From Coriobacteriia bacterium (GTDB lineage: Bacteria > Actinomycetota > Coriobacteriia > Anaerosomatales > Kmv31): 64,000 nucleotides of DNA. The notes under the pieces are model-generated. The model did no database searches, was not told where the DNA came from, and saw nothing but the letters and a program-made list of their open reading frames with translations. Position 1 is the first letter of the stretch, and each line of letters starts with the position of its first letter. The position numbers and the translations under genes are program-made. The DNA is taken from NCBI GenBank assembly GCA_014859305.1, contig JACUUM010000001.1, forward strand, positions 25,409-89,408, in the 5' to 3' direction. Shown here piece by piece: positions 9,031 through 17,346 of this stretch.

Positions 9031-9704
9031 GCGACGTCCTATGCGTCGGGGCGCACCCCGACGACGTCGAGATCGGGATGGGTGGCGCCGTCGCCCGCAT
9101 GGTGGACGAGGGCCTCTCCGTGGTGCTGTGCGACCTCACCGACGGCGAGCCGACGCCAAGGGGTACCCCCGAGACCCGGGCCGCCGAGGCGGCCGAGGCC
9201 GCGGTGGTGCTCGGCGTGCGACGCGTGACGCTAGGCCAGCCGAACCGACACCTCCTCGACACGGTGGAGGCGCGAGAGGAGCTCGCCGAGGTGATCCGCG
9301 GTCACCGTCCCCGGCTGCTCTTCGCGCCGTACCCGGTCGACGCGCACCCCGATCACGTGGCCGCGTCCGCTATCGCGCGGGCCGCCCGGTTCTACGCGAA
9401 GTTCACCAAGACCGACATGGCGGGACAGCCGCACTACCCCGGGAAGCTGTACTCGTACGCAGCGGTGCACCTGCGGCTGAACCACCGGCCGAGCTTCGTG
9501 CTCGACATCTCCGGTGGGCTGAGCCGCAAGATGGACGCGCTGGCGGCGTACCGCTCGCAGTTCGGGGATGAGCGGGGAGAGCGCCTTCTCGCCGGGTTGC
9601 GCACGGCGGCCGCCTGGTGGGGGTCGCGCATCGGCGTGGAGGCGGGCGAGGCGTTCTTCGCCGAAGAGGAGGTCGGCGTGGCCTCCCTCGACTCTCTCCT
9701 GTAG
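9027..9704 (+). CDS. PIG-L/LmbE-family N-acetylglucosaminyl deacetylase, BshB1-like
   Basis: The in-frame TTG at 9027 overlaps the TGA of the GT2 gene (TTGA). The protein reads LSDVLCVGAHPDDVEIGMGG...DLTDGEPTPRGT.ETR..EA..AA..LG...HPDH, the zinc-binding signature of PIG-L deacetylases, and closely follows the BshB1 pattern as I recall it. Confidence 0.8.
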   Translation: MSDVLCVGAHPDDVEIGMGGAVARMVDEGLSVVLCDLTDGEPTPRGTPETRAAEAAEAAVVLGVRRVTLGQPNRHLLDTVEAREELAEVIRGHRPRLLFAPYPVDAHPDHVAASAIARAARFYAKFTKTDMAGQPHYPGKLYSYAAVHLRLNHRPSFVLDISGGLSRKMDALAAYRSQFGDERGERLLAGLRTAAAWWGSRIGVEAGEAFFAEEEVGVASLDSLL

Positions 9705-9713
9705 GAGGCGGGG

Positions 9714-11276
9714 ATGGTACACAAGGCACCCGCGCTCCCTCACGGCCACGGGGAAGTGCTCACCAGCCCGGCCTTCGCGGAGTGGGCCGAGCTGATGCGG
9801 CGCAACGCGCGGGCGGCGCGGGCGTGGCGGTTCGACGTCTTCGGCGCCGACGCGCTCGCCCTGCGCCGGGACGCGCGCCGCGACGCCCTCGCCGCGGCAG
9901 AGGCGTTCTCCGCGCGCGTGGGCGTTCCCCTGGCCGTGCCCTCTGAACCGGCGCACATAGTAGCCACCGGGCACCAGCCCGAGTTCTACCACCCGGGCGT
10001 GTGGATCAAGGTCTTCCTGCTGCAGCGGCTCGCCGACGAGACCGGTGCCGCGGCGCTGGACATGGTGGTCGACTCGGACGCGTTCGATGCGCTCGGTGTC
10101 ACCGCTCCGGTCGTACGGGGGAAGGTGGAGAGACGCCGGGAGCACTTGGCGGTGGGCGGACGAGACGTCTGCTACGCGTGCGCGGGCCCGCCGTCGGCCG
10201 AGGAGCTTGAGGCGTTCTGCTCCGCCGGCCTCAGGATGCTCTCGACGCTTCCCAACTGGGCGGTGGCGCGTCACTTCGGCGACTTCTGCGATGCCCTGCG
10301 CGAGTCGCTCCCAGGCGCGGTCAACCTCGCGGAACTGGTCACGTTCGCTCGCCGGCGGTACGAGGCGCAGGCGGGCACCGACTACCTGGAACTGCCCGTG
10401 ACGGCGCAGTCGGCGACCGCGCCGTTCCTGCGCTTCGTCGCACATGTGGCCACCGAGGCGGAACGGTTCGCGACCGGCTACAACGCGGAGCTCGCCTCGT
10501 TCCGCGCCGCGACGAAGAGCCGCTCCGAGGCACAGCCCTTCCCCGACCTGCAGATCGGCGGCGGTTTCGTGGAGCTGCCGTTGTGGCACCTGGAGGGAGG
10601 GCGGCGCGACGCCGTGCGGGTCCGCGTCGGCGAAGAGACGGAGCTCCTCGCCGACGGAGGCGTCCTCGCGCGCCTTCCTTCGCGTCCCGGCGGCGACGCG
10701 CTCGCCCGCGTGTCCGGTGTGCTGGCACCCAAGGCCGCCGCGCTCACGATGTTCACCCGCATGTTCGTGGCCGACGTGTTCGTGCACGGGGTCGGCGGCG
10801 GACGGTACGACCGGGTGACCGACGGCGTCATCCGGCGCTTCTTCGGCGTGGATCCGCCGCGCTACACGGTGGCATCGATGACGATGTACCTCCCCTTGGG
10901 CGGCCACATCGTGGGCGAGGGGGAGGTGGCGGCGGCCGAGCAGCGGCTCCGCCGCCTGCGGCACAACCCCGACCAGCTGCTGGGGGAGGCGGAGTTCGAG
11001 TCGGCCGAGGAGCGGCGCACGGCCGAGGCGCTGGCCGAGGAGAAGAGGGCGCTGGTGGAGTCGATCCGAGCGCCCGGCGCCGACAAGAAGACCCTGGGCG
11101 GGAGGATCCGCGAGGTGAACGAGGAGCTCGCCGCTATGCTGGCGCCGATGGCCGAGGAGCTGCGAGCGGAGCGCGACCGGCTGGCTGCGATGCGGGAGGC
11201 GACGGAGGTCGTCACGGACCGCACGTACCCCTTCTGCTTCTGGAGCCCGTTCGAGATCGCGGACAAGGCGAGGTGA
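9714..11276 (+). CDS. Uncharacterised 520-aa protein; distant BshC-like (putative cysteine ligase) candidate with C-terminal coiled coil
   Basis: ATG at 9714, 10 nt after the deacetylase stop, with RBS AGGAGG. Segment TGHQPEFYHPGVWIK resembles the BshC GGQQ(x)9K motif. HGVGGGRYDRVTDGVIRRFFGVDPP has the same spacing as B. subtilis BshC AGPGEINYWGELKQAFAVMGFKMPP (sequence recalled from memory). The C-terminal ~110 aa are charged and heptad-like. The CDS call is solid; the function call is weak. Confidence 0.5.
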   Translation: MVHKAPALPHGHGEVLTSPAFAEWAELMRRNARAARAWRFDVFGADALALRRDARRDALAAAEAFSARVGVPLAVPSEPAHIVATGHQPEFYHPGVWIKVFLLQRLADETGAAALDMVVDSDAFDALGVTAPVVRGKVERRREHLAVGGRDVCYACAGPPSAEELEAFCSAGLRMLSTLPNWAVARHFGDFCDALRESLPGAVNLAELVTFARRRYEAQAGTDYLELPVTAQSATAPFLRFVAHVATEAERFATGYNAELASFRAATKSRSEAQPFPDLQIGGGFVELPLWHLEGGRRDAVRVRVGEETELLADGGVLARLPSRPGGDALARVSGVLAPKAAALTMFTRMFVADVFVHGVGGGRYDRVTDGVIRRFFGVDPPRYTVASMTMYLPLGGHIVGEGEVAAAEQRLRRLRHNPDQLLGEAEFESAEERRTAEALAEEKRALVESIRAPGADKKTLGGRIREVNEELAAMLAPMAEELRAERDRLAAMREATEVVTDRTYPFCFWSPFEIADKAR

Positions 11277-11356
11277 GGCGAGTCTCCGCGACTCCTCGGG
11301 CCGCGCTGCACCGGTTCGCCGCGCTCCGTGGTCGGCCCGGTTCTTGCACCAGCCTG

Positions 11357-11365
11357 TGGTACGAT
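11357..11365 (+). promoter_or_regulatory. Extended -10 promoter candidate (TGG-TACGAT) upstream of the small ferredoxin gene
   Basis: The sequence cctgTGGTACGATg has the same TGTGGTA core seen upstream of tRNA-Arg and mreB. Confidence 0.3.
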
Positions 11366-11443
11366 GTGCCGGCCCGGGCCGGAGCGGGCTCCCGCCAGCC
11401 GAGACGGGCGGGTCGGTAGGAGGCGTGGAAAGGAAGGCGTCGC

Positions 11444-11623
11444 ATGGGAAAGCCTGTCGTCGACAGCTCCCTCTGCACCGCGTGCGGCATCTGCGTCGAC
11501 GAGTGCACCACGAGCGCTCTCGACCTCGAAGAGGACGTCGTCGTCCTGACGCGTCCCGACGACTGCACCGAGTGCGGCACGTGCCTGGACGTCTGCCCGA
11601 ACGAGGCCGTCACCCTCGAGTAG
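11444..11623 (+). CDS. Small 2x[4Fe-4S]-type ferredoxin (59 aa)
   Basis: It is not in the supplied ORF track, whose shortest entries are 60 aa, so it probably falls below the length cutoff. The ATG at 11444 is preceded by AGGAAGG. Translation: MGKPVVDSSLCTACGICVDECTTSALDLEEDVVVLTRPDDCTECGTCLDVCPNEAVTLE*, with two CxxCxxCxxxC(P)-type clusters. Stop TAG at 11621-11623. Confidence 0.8.
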   Translation: MGKPVVDSSLCTACGICVDECTTSALDLEEDVVVLTRPDDCTECGTCLDVCPNEAVTLE

Positions 11624-11644
11624 GCGCAGACGAGATGCGAGACG

Positions 11645-11672
11645 AGAGGCCGGCGCCCTGGTGCCGGCCTCT
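11645..11672. terminator. Bidirectional hairpin terminator candidate between convergent ferredoxin and plsY genes
   Basis: Perfect 10-bp stem AGAGGCCGGC / GCCGGCCTCT with an 8-nt loop. Confidence 0.5.
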
Positions 11673-11739
11673 TCGCGTGCGGCCGAGGGCGCGGCCGCAG
11701 CCGAGGGCGGCGGCCCGACCTCCGGGTCGGCCCCTCGCC

Positions 11740-12438
11740 TCAGCCCCGGGGGCCCATGCGGTCCTCGACGTAGAGCCGCGGCTCCTCGCCGCGCAGCAGG
11801 CCGACGAAGCGGCGGTGGTGGCGCACGTAGATGAGGGTCCCCGCCAGCAGCGCGAACGGCCAGTCCCAGGCGCCCGAGGCGAGCGCGAAGACCGGCAGCG
11901 CGACGGCCGCGGCCACCTGTCCGGCCATCATGTACCGGGTGAGGGCGATCGTGCCCAGCCCGACGGCGAGCACCACCAGGAAGTACACCGGGTCGTAGGC
12001 GAGCAGGGCGCCGCCGCCGGTGGCGAGCCCCTTCCCTCCCAGCACGCGCTTCTTCGCGAGAGACAGCCACAGCGAGAAGTCGTGGCCGAGCACCGCTCCC
12101 ATCACGGCGGCCTGAGCCGCGTAGGCCGGCGGCCACTGGCCCCCGAGGTCGGGCCTACTGGCCATGAACGCGTAGACGCCGAGGACCGACAGGAGCCCCT
12201 TGAGGCCGTCGAGGACCATGGCGAGCGTGAACCAGGCCCACGACCCCGTCGTGCGTCGCACGTTCATCGCGCCGACGTTGCCCGTCCCGTGCGTCGTTAT
12301 GTCCTCACCCGTGACCCACTTGACGATGAGGTAGGACCACGGGATCGAGCCGACGAGGTAGGAGCCGGCCAGGGCGGTGCCGATGAGCAGCCAACCCCTT
12401 GCGGACACTGCGGCCAGATCGGTGAAGTATGCGAACAC
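11740..12438 (-). CDS. plsY: Glycerol-3-phosphate acyltransferase PlsY
   Basis: PlsY motifs GTGNVGAMN, LDGLKG, GHDFS and GGKGLATGGG are present. I prefer the GTG at 12438, 5 nt after GAGGAGG. The longer track ORF (to 12597) adds an Arg/Gly-rich, non-homologous N-terminus. Confidence 0.85.
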   Translation of the reverse strand: MFAYFTDLAAVSARGWLLIGTALAGSYLVGSIPWSYLIVKWVTGEDITTHGTGNVGAMNVRRTTGSWAWFTLAMVLDGLKGLLSVLGVYAFMASRPDLGGQWPPAYAAQAAVMGAVLGHDFSLWLSLAKKRVLGGKGLATGGGALLAYDPVYFLVVLAVGLGTIALTRYMMAGQVAAAVALPVFALASGAWDWPFALLAGTLIYVRHHRRFVGLLRGEEPRLYVEDRMGPRG

Positions 12439-12440
12439 CG

Positions 12441-13364
12441 TTACCTCCTCGGGACGATCGCTTCGACGGCTCCCGGCAGCACCTCGATGTCGTAGGCCAC
12501 GGACAGGACGACCTCGCCGTCGACCTGGCCCTCGACCGGGACGTCCGACACCAGACCGACCCGCCGGTGCCTCGACATGTGCATCGGCCTCATCCACCGA
12601 TGCCTACCCGCCACCACGAACGGCAGTCGCCACAGCGCCTGGGGAAGCGACACGGCGTCGATGAGGCACACGTCGAGCAGACCGTCGTCCGGGACGGCGT
12701 CGGGGTTTATGAAGAAGCCGCCGCCGTAGGTCGGGCCGTGGCTGAGCGCGAGCAGCAGCATCGATCGAGCCTCGGCGGGGCCGTCGTCGAAGGTGAGGCG
12801 GACGCGGTGTCCGTAGAACTGCCGGAGGAGCACGAACATAAGCGCTCGGAAGTACAGGGTGAGGCCCGACCACCCCCTCGTGAGCTTGAGCTCGACCGCC
12901 TTGGCCGCGACTCGAGCGTCCAGGCCGATGCCGACGGAGTTCGCGAAGTACCGCCCGCAGGGCGGCTCGCCGTCGAGCCGGAGGACGCCTACGTCCAGGT
13001 GCCGCCGCTCGCCGGATGCGAGCTGCCGGACGGCGGTGGAGAGGTCGTTCGAGACACCCAGGGTACGGCGGTAGTCGTTGCCGGAGCCCGTCGGGAGGAG
13101 GCCGAGCGCGGGCCGGTCCTCGGCGGGGCGGTCCATCAGCCCGTTGAGCACCTCGTGCACGGTGCCGTCGCCGCCGACGGCGACAAGCGTCTCGAAGCCG
13201 GCGGCCTCGCGGGCCACGGCACGAGCCTCCTCGGGGGAGGAGGTGACGTGCTCCTCGAAGTCGAGGAGGCCCTCGGCGATCTCTCGGATGGCGGGAAGCA
13301 GCTTCGCGCTGACGCCGTGCCTCGCCGCGGGGTTGACGATGAGCAGGCACCTTCCGGGGGGCAC
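12441..13364 (-). CDS. Diacylglycerol kinase-family lipid kinase (YegS/DagK-like)
   Basis: Motifs LLIVNPAARHG, VAVGGDGTVHEV and LPTGSGNDYRRTLG are present. GTG start at 13364 is preceded by GAGGAGG. The stop TAA overlaps the plsY RBS, so the two form an operon. The track ORF extends upstream across the tRNA-Arg locus, and that extension is rejected. Confidence 0.85.
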   Translation of the reverse strand: MPPGRCLLIVNPAARHGVSAKLLPAIREIAEGLLDFEEHVTSSPEEARAVAREAAGFETLVAVGGDGTVHEVLNGLMDRPAEDRPALGLLPTGSGNDYRRTLGVSNDLSTAVRQLASGERRHLDVGVLRLDGEPPCGRYFANSVGIGLDARVAAKAVELKLTRGWSGLTLYFRALMFVLLRQFYGHRVRLTFDDGPAEARSMLLLALSHGPTYGGGFFINPDAVPDDGLLDVCLIDAVSLPQALWRLPFVVAGRHRWMRPMHMSRHRRVGLVSDVPVEGQVDGEVVLSVAYDIEVLPGAVEAIVPRR

Positions 13365-13495
13365 GCGCCTCCTCGTCTCTCGTGGGGGACCCGCGTCGTG
13401 TCGGGCAGAGCATAGCCCGACCCGGAGGCGACGGGCTAGGGTCGCGGGCACCGCCGCGACCCCCTCCGAGTCGGGTGGCGAGCGGCACCGCCGTG

Positions 13496-13504
13496 TGGTA
13501 CAGT
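13496..13504 (+). promoter_or_regulatory. Extended -10 promoter candidate (TGG-TACAGT) for tRNA-Arg
   Basis: The sequence cgTGTGGTACAGTg ends 36 nt upstream of the mature tRNA 5' end. Confidence 0.35.
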
Positions 13505-13540
13505 GCGCATTCGCCGACGGCGGGGAGCCGCCGGAGAAAC

Positions 13541-13616
13541 GCCCTCGTAGCTCAGTGGATAGAGCGTCTGCCTCCGGAGCAGAAGGCCACAGGTTCGAAT
13601 CCTGTCGAGGGCGCCA
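13541..13616 (+). tRNA. tRNA-Arg (anticodon CCG), CCA encoded
   Basis: Manual cloverleaf: acceptor GCCCTCG/CGAGGGC, D arm GCTC-AGTGGATA-GAGC, anticodon arm TCTGC-CTCCGGA-GCAGA (anticodon CCG), T arm ACAGG-TTCGAAT-CCTGT, discriminator G, then CCA. Confidence 0.9.
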
Positions 13617-13630
13617 TCGAGCACCGCCAT

Positions 13631-13655
13631 CGAGACCCGGCGCTGCCGGGTCTCG
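13631..13655 (+). terminator. Hairpin terminator candidate after tRNA-Arg
   Basis: 11-bp stem CGAGACCCGGC / GCCGGGTCTCG with a short loop. Confidence 0.45.
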
Positions 13656-13695
13656 TCGATGACGGCGGGGAGAAGGTCGAGGGGAGGAAGTGCCG

Positions 13696-14247
13696 ATGAA
13701 GGTAGAGACGAGGCACGCGTTCGTGTTCCCGAGCCCGGTGGCGGTGGTCACGGCCGCCGCCCCCGGCGGCGGCTCGAACCTGATAACGCTCGCGTGGGTG
13801 GGTATGGCCTGCTCGGAACCGGTCCACGTCACCGTCGCGGTCCGTCCCACGCGGCACACCCACGGCCTCATCGTGGCGAGCGGCGAGTTCTGCCTGAACC
13901 TGCTGTCCGAGGAGATGGTGCGTTCGGTGGACGTCTGCGGGGTGCGCAGCGGACGCGACACGGACAAGTGGGAGGCTGCCGGCCTGACACCGGAACCGGC
14001 GGAGGACGTAGGTGCTCCGCGGATCGCCGAGGCCGCGTACGTCCTGGAGTGCGCCGTCGTGGAGCGGCTCTCGCTGGGGGTGCACGACTTGTTCGTGGCG
14101 CGCGTACTCGGCGCGTACGCCGAGGAGTCCGTGCTCGCCGACGGGAAGGTCGACTACGATGCGTTGAGGCCCCTGTCGTACTGCCCGACGGAGTACCGCT
14201 CGCTCGGCGCCAGGGTCTACGGCTACGGGGAGTCCGTCAAAGGCTAG
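13696..14247 (+). CDS. Flavin reductase-family protein (FMN-binding split-barrel)
   Basis: The pattern VTAAAPGGGSNLITLAWVGMACSEP...VAVRPTRHT...FCLNLL is typical of flavin reductase-like domains. The ATG at 13696 lies 7 nt after GGAGGA. The track start at 13690 (GTG) is too close to the RBS. Confidence 0.8.
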   Translation: MKVETRHAFVFPSPVAVVTAAAPGGGSNLITLAWVGMACSEPVHVTVAVRPTRHTHGLIVASGEFCLNLLSEEMVRSVDVCGVRSGRDTDKWEAAGLTPEPAEDVGAPRIAEAAYVLECAVVERLSLGVHDLFVARVLGAYAEESVLADGKVDYDALRPLSYCPTEYRSLGARVYGYGESVKG

Positions 14248-14338
14248 CCTGCGAGGGCGGTGGGCCGAACGCCGCCCGGCGCGGAGACCACACGAGCCGC
14301 GCACGCCGCATCGCGTGAGTCATCATCGGCCGACGAAC

Positions 14339-14370
14339 GCGAGGGCCGCCTCGAGGGAGGCGGCCCTCGC
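14339..14370. terminator. Bidirectional hairpin terminator candidate between the flavin reductase gene and the EF-G gene
   Basis: Perfect 12-bp stem GCGAGGGCCGCC / GGCGGCCCTCGC with an 8-nt loop. Confidence 0.5.
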
Positions 14371-14401
14371 GTCGTTGCAGAGGCGGGGCAGGAAAGCGGT
14401 G

Positions 14402-16459
14402 CTATTCCTTGTCCTTGGCGGCCTGCTCGATGACCTTCTTGGCCAGGTCGCCGGGAACCTGCTCGTAGTCCTCGATCCTGATGCTGTACTCGCCCGTCCC
14501 GCTCGTGATGGAGCGCAGGTGCGGCGAGTAGTGGACCACCTCGGCGTAGGGCACCTGCACCTTGATCGTCTGGACGCCGGGCTCGGGGGCGTCCATGCCC
14601 AGCACGCGTCCGCGGATCGAGCTGATGTCGCCCATCACGGCGCCGGCGTACTGGTCGGGTACGCGCACCTCCATCGTGGCGATGGGCTCGAGCAGGACCG
14701 GGTCCGCCTTCTCGGCGGCGGCACGGAAGCCGATTCGCGCCGCGGTCTTGAACGCGATCTCCGAGGAGTCCACCGAGTGGTACGAGCCGTCATAGACGGC
14801 GACCTTGACGTCGACGACGGGATAGCCCGCGAGCACGCCCTGCGCCATGGTCTCCCGGACGCCCTTGTCCACAGCCGGGATGAACTGCCGGGGGATCTTG
14901 CCGCCGACGATCTCGTCGACGAACTCGTAGCCGCCACGGGGGTTGGGCTCCAGGCGCAGCCACGCGTCACCGAACTGGCCGGCGCCGCCGGTCTGCTTCT
15001 TGTGCCGGCCCTGCGCTTGCGCGGTCTTGCGGATCGTCTCGCGGTACGGGATGCGCAACTCCTCGAGCTCCGCCTCCACGTGGAAGCGCTCGCGAAGACG
15101 GCTCACGACCACGTCGATCGCGGTCTCGCCCATGCCGGTCAGCACGGTCTGGTGCGTTTCGTCGTCGCGTCGCAGCGAGAGGCTCGGGTCCTCGTCGACG
15201 ATCGACTTGAGCGCCGTGCCGAGCTTGTCCTCGTCGGTCTTGGTCTTGGCCACCACCGCGACCGGGTACAGGGGCTCGGGCAGCGGCATGCCGCCGAAGC
15301 GCGCCTTGCCGCCGGTCGACAGCGTGTCGTTCGTGAGCACGTCGCCGAGCTTCGGCAGCACGGCGATATCGCCCGCGGGCACGGAGGTGACATCCTCGGT
15401 CTCCTTGCCGCGCATCTTGTAGACGTGGCCGGCACGCTCCTTCTTGCCCGTGCGCGCGTTGACCAGATCGACGTTGGGCGCGACCGCACCCGAGACGACC
15501 TTCACGAAGTTCATGCGCCCCACGTACGGGTCCGACATCGTCTTGAACACGAACGCGGCCGTCTCGCCGCCGGCGGTCACGCGGGCCTCGCCGCCCTCCG
15601 CGGTGGGGATGGGGGCGTGGCCCGTGGGGTCAGGGAAGAACGACACGATCTCCTCCAGCAGGTCCTCGACGCCCTGGAGCGTCTCCGCGGAACCTACGAA
15701 GACCGGGATGAAGATGCCCTTGGCGATCGCCTTGTCCAGCAGCGACTCGAGCTCCTCCTGTGAGAGCTTCTCGCCCTCGAGGTACTTCTCCATCAGCTCG
15801 TCGTCGGCCTCGGCGACCAGGTCCATCAGCTTCTCGCGGGCAGCGTCGGCGGCGTCGGCGAACTCCGCGGGGACGTCGCCGACGACCTCCTTGTCGCCCT
15901 CGTGGTGGAAGGCCTTCATCCGGATCACGTCGACGACGCCGCGAAGGTCGGCCTCCGCGCCCATCGGGATCTGAACGGTGCCGACCCGGTGCCCGAAGGC
16001 GGCGTCGAGTTTGGCCATGGTCGCGTCGAAGTCGGCATGCTCCTTGTCCAGCCGGTTCACGAAGACGGCCCGGGCGACGCCCATGTCCCCCGCGATCTTC
16101 CAGAGGCGCTCCGTCTGCACCTGCGGCCCGGCGACCGCGTCGACAACGAACAGGGCCATCTCGGCGGCTTGTATCCCGGCGATCGCGTCGGCGACGAAGT
16201 CGACGTAGCCGGGGGTGTCGATCACGTTGACCTTGAAGCCCTTGAACGTCAGCGGAGCGAGGCTCAGGTTCACCGTGAAGCCCCGTTTGACCTCTTCGGG
16301 GTCGTAGTCGAGGTTGGAGCTGGCCCCGACCTTACCGAGGCGTTTCGTCTCGCCGGCCAGGTACATCATCGCCTCGGCCAGGGACGTCTTGCCTGCTCCC
16401 TGATGGCCGACGAGAACCACGTTTCGGACCTTGTCCGTGCTGGGTGCTCCCAAGCGCAT
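14402..16459 (-). CDS. Elongation factor G-family translational GTPase (stand-alone copy, not in an rpsL-rpsG-fusA-tuf context)
   Basis: 685 aa. G1 is GHQGAGKT, G3 is DTPGYVDF, G4 is NRLD, and EF-G domains II-V are recognisable throughout. ATG is preceded by GGAGGAG. Confidence 0.9.
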   Translation of the reverse strand: MRLGAPSTDKVRNVVLVGHQGAGKTSLAEAMMYLAGETKRLGKVGASSNLDYDPEEVKRGFTVNLSLAPLTFKGFKVNVIDTPGYVDFVADAIAGIQAAEMALFVVDAVAGPQVQTERLWKIAGDMGVARAVFVNRLDKEHADFDATMAKLDAAFGHRVGTVQIPMGAEADLRGVVDVIRMKAFHHEGDKEVVGDVPAEFADAADAAREKLMDLVAEADDELMEKYLEGEKLSQEELESLLDKAIAKGIFIPVFVGSAETLQGVEDLLEEIVSFFPDPTGHAPIPTAEGGEARVTAGGETAAFVFKTMSDPYVGRMNFVKVVSGAVAPNVDLVNARTGKKERAGHVYKMRGKETEDVTSVPAGDIAVLPKLGDVLTNDTLSTGGKARFGGMPLPEPLYPVAVVAKTKTDEDKLGTALKSIVDEDPSLSLRRDDETHQTVLTGMGETAIDVVVSRLRERFHVEAELEELRIPYRETIRKTAQAQGRHKKQTGGAGQFGDAWLRLEPNPRGGYEFVDEIVGGKIPRQFIPAVDKGVRETMAQGVLAGYPVVDVKVAVYDGSYHSVDSSEIAFKTAARIGFRAAAEKADPVLLEPIATMEVRVPDQYAGAVMGDISSIRGRVLGMDAPEPGVQTIKVQVPYAEVVHYSPHLRSITSGTGEYSIRIEDYEQVPGDLAKKVIEQAAKDKE

Positions 16460-16549
16460 CTCCTCCTTCGGTCCGTCTCAACCGTGTGCGCGCCGGAGGG
16501 CTCCGGTCCGGAGCGAGTCCGGACAATGATACTCCTAGCGAGCGGCCAC

Positions 16550-16558
16550 TGATAGAAT
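16550..16558 (+). promoter_or_regulatory. Extended -10 promoter candidate (TGA-TAGAAT) for the cyclophilin gene
   Basis: The sequence cacTGATAGAATga lies in the 170-nt divergent gap between the EF-G gene and the PPIase gene. Confidence 0.3.
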
Positions 16559-16630
16559 GACCCACAGCCCCGAGCGGGATGCCCGGTCCTCTGTCCGCTG
16601 GCGCCTGCGACACGGACGGAGGGACCACGA

Positions 16631-17338
16631 TTGCGTAGATTCCCGCTCGGCCCCGTCGCCCTCGCGCTCACCGTGGCGCTGGTCTCGTCGGTCCTCGCGC
16701 TGCAAGGGTGCTCGGGCGGGCAGGCCGACGGCGGCGGGGGGGGTCGGGACGGTCGAAGCACCGCCGAGGAAACGGAAACGCTACCGCCCGAGACGCGGGA
16801 GGAAGGGGAGGCACAGGTGGCTACTCCCACCGCAGGCGCGACGGCTCTCATCAGGACGTCCAAGGGGGACGTCGAGGTCGAGTTCTACCCCGAGGATGCC
16901 CCCGAGACCGTGAAGTCCTTCCTGAAGCTCGCCGAGGACGGGTTCTACGACGGCATCCGGTTCCACCGCGTTGAGCCCGGATTCGTGGTGCAGGGAGGTG
17001 ACCCGCTCACCAAGGGCCTCTCGGCGGCGGAGGTCAGAGCGGTCATCGAGCGGCAGAGGACGCGGACGATGCGGCCGCAGGACCCGGCGCTGGGAACCGG
17101 CGGCCCGGGGTTCAACGTGAGAGCGGAGTTCAACTCGCGCAAGCACGTGACGGGGACGCTCGCGATGGCCAGGAGCGAGAGCCCGGACTCCGCCGGCTCC
17201 CAGTTCTACATCTGCCTCGGGCCACAGCCGTTCCTTGACGGCAACTACACCGTCTTCGGTCAGGTCACGAGCGGAATGGACGTTGTGGAGAGCATCGAGA
17301 TCGGTGACTCCATCGGGACGATCGACGTGCGCGAGTAG
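16631..17338 (+). CDS. Cyclophilin-type peptidyl-prolyl cis-trans isomerase, probable lipoprotein
   Basis: It has a signal peptide with a lipobox-like LALQGC. The cyclophilin core motifs are FHRVEPGFVVQGGDP and GTLAMARS..PDSAGSQFYI. TTG start follows GGAGGGA. Confidence 0.9.
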   Translation: MRRFPLGPVALALTVALVSSVLALQGCSGGQADGGGGGRDGRSTAEETETLPPETREEGEAQVATPTAGATALIRTSKGDVEVEFYPEDAPETVKSFLKLAEDGFYDGIRFHRVEPGFVVQGGDPLTKGLSAAEVRAVIERQRTRTMRPQDPALGTGGPGFNVRAEFNSRKHVTGTLAMARSESPDSAGSQFYICLGPQPFLDGNYTVFGQVTSGMDVVESIEIGDSIGTIDVRE

Positions 17339-17346
17339 GGGCCCGG

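Noticed and set aside
13365-13967. Upstream 200 codons of track ORF 12441..13967 (would make the lipid kinase 508 aa)
   Set aside because: The extension runs antisense through tRNA-Arg and into the flavin reductase gene, and it is Arg/Pro-rich. A GTG at 13364 with a perfect GAGGAGG RBS sits just before the DAGK-family motif LLIVNPAARHG.
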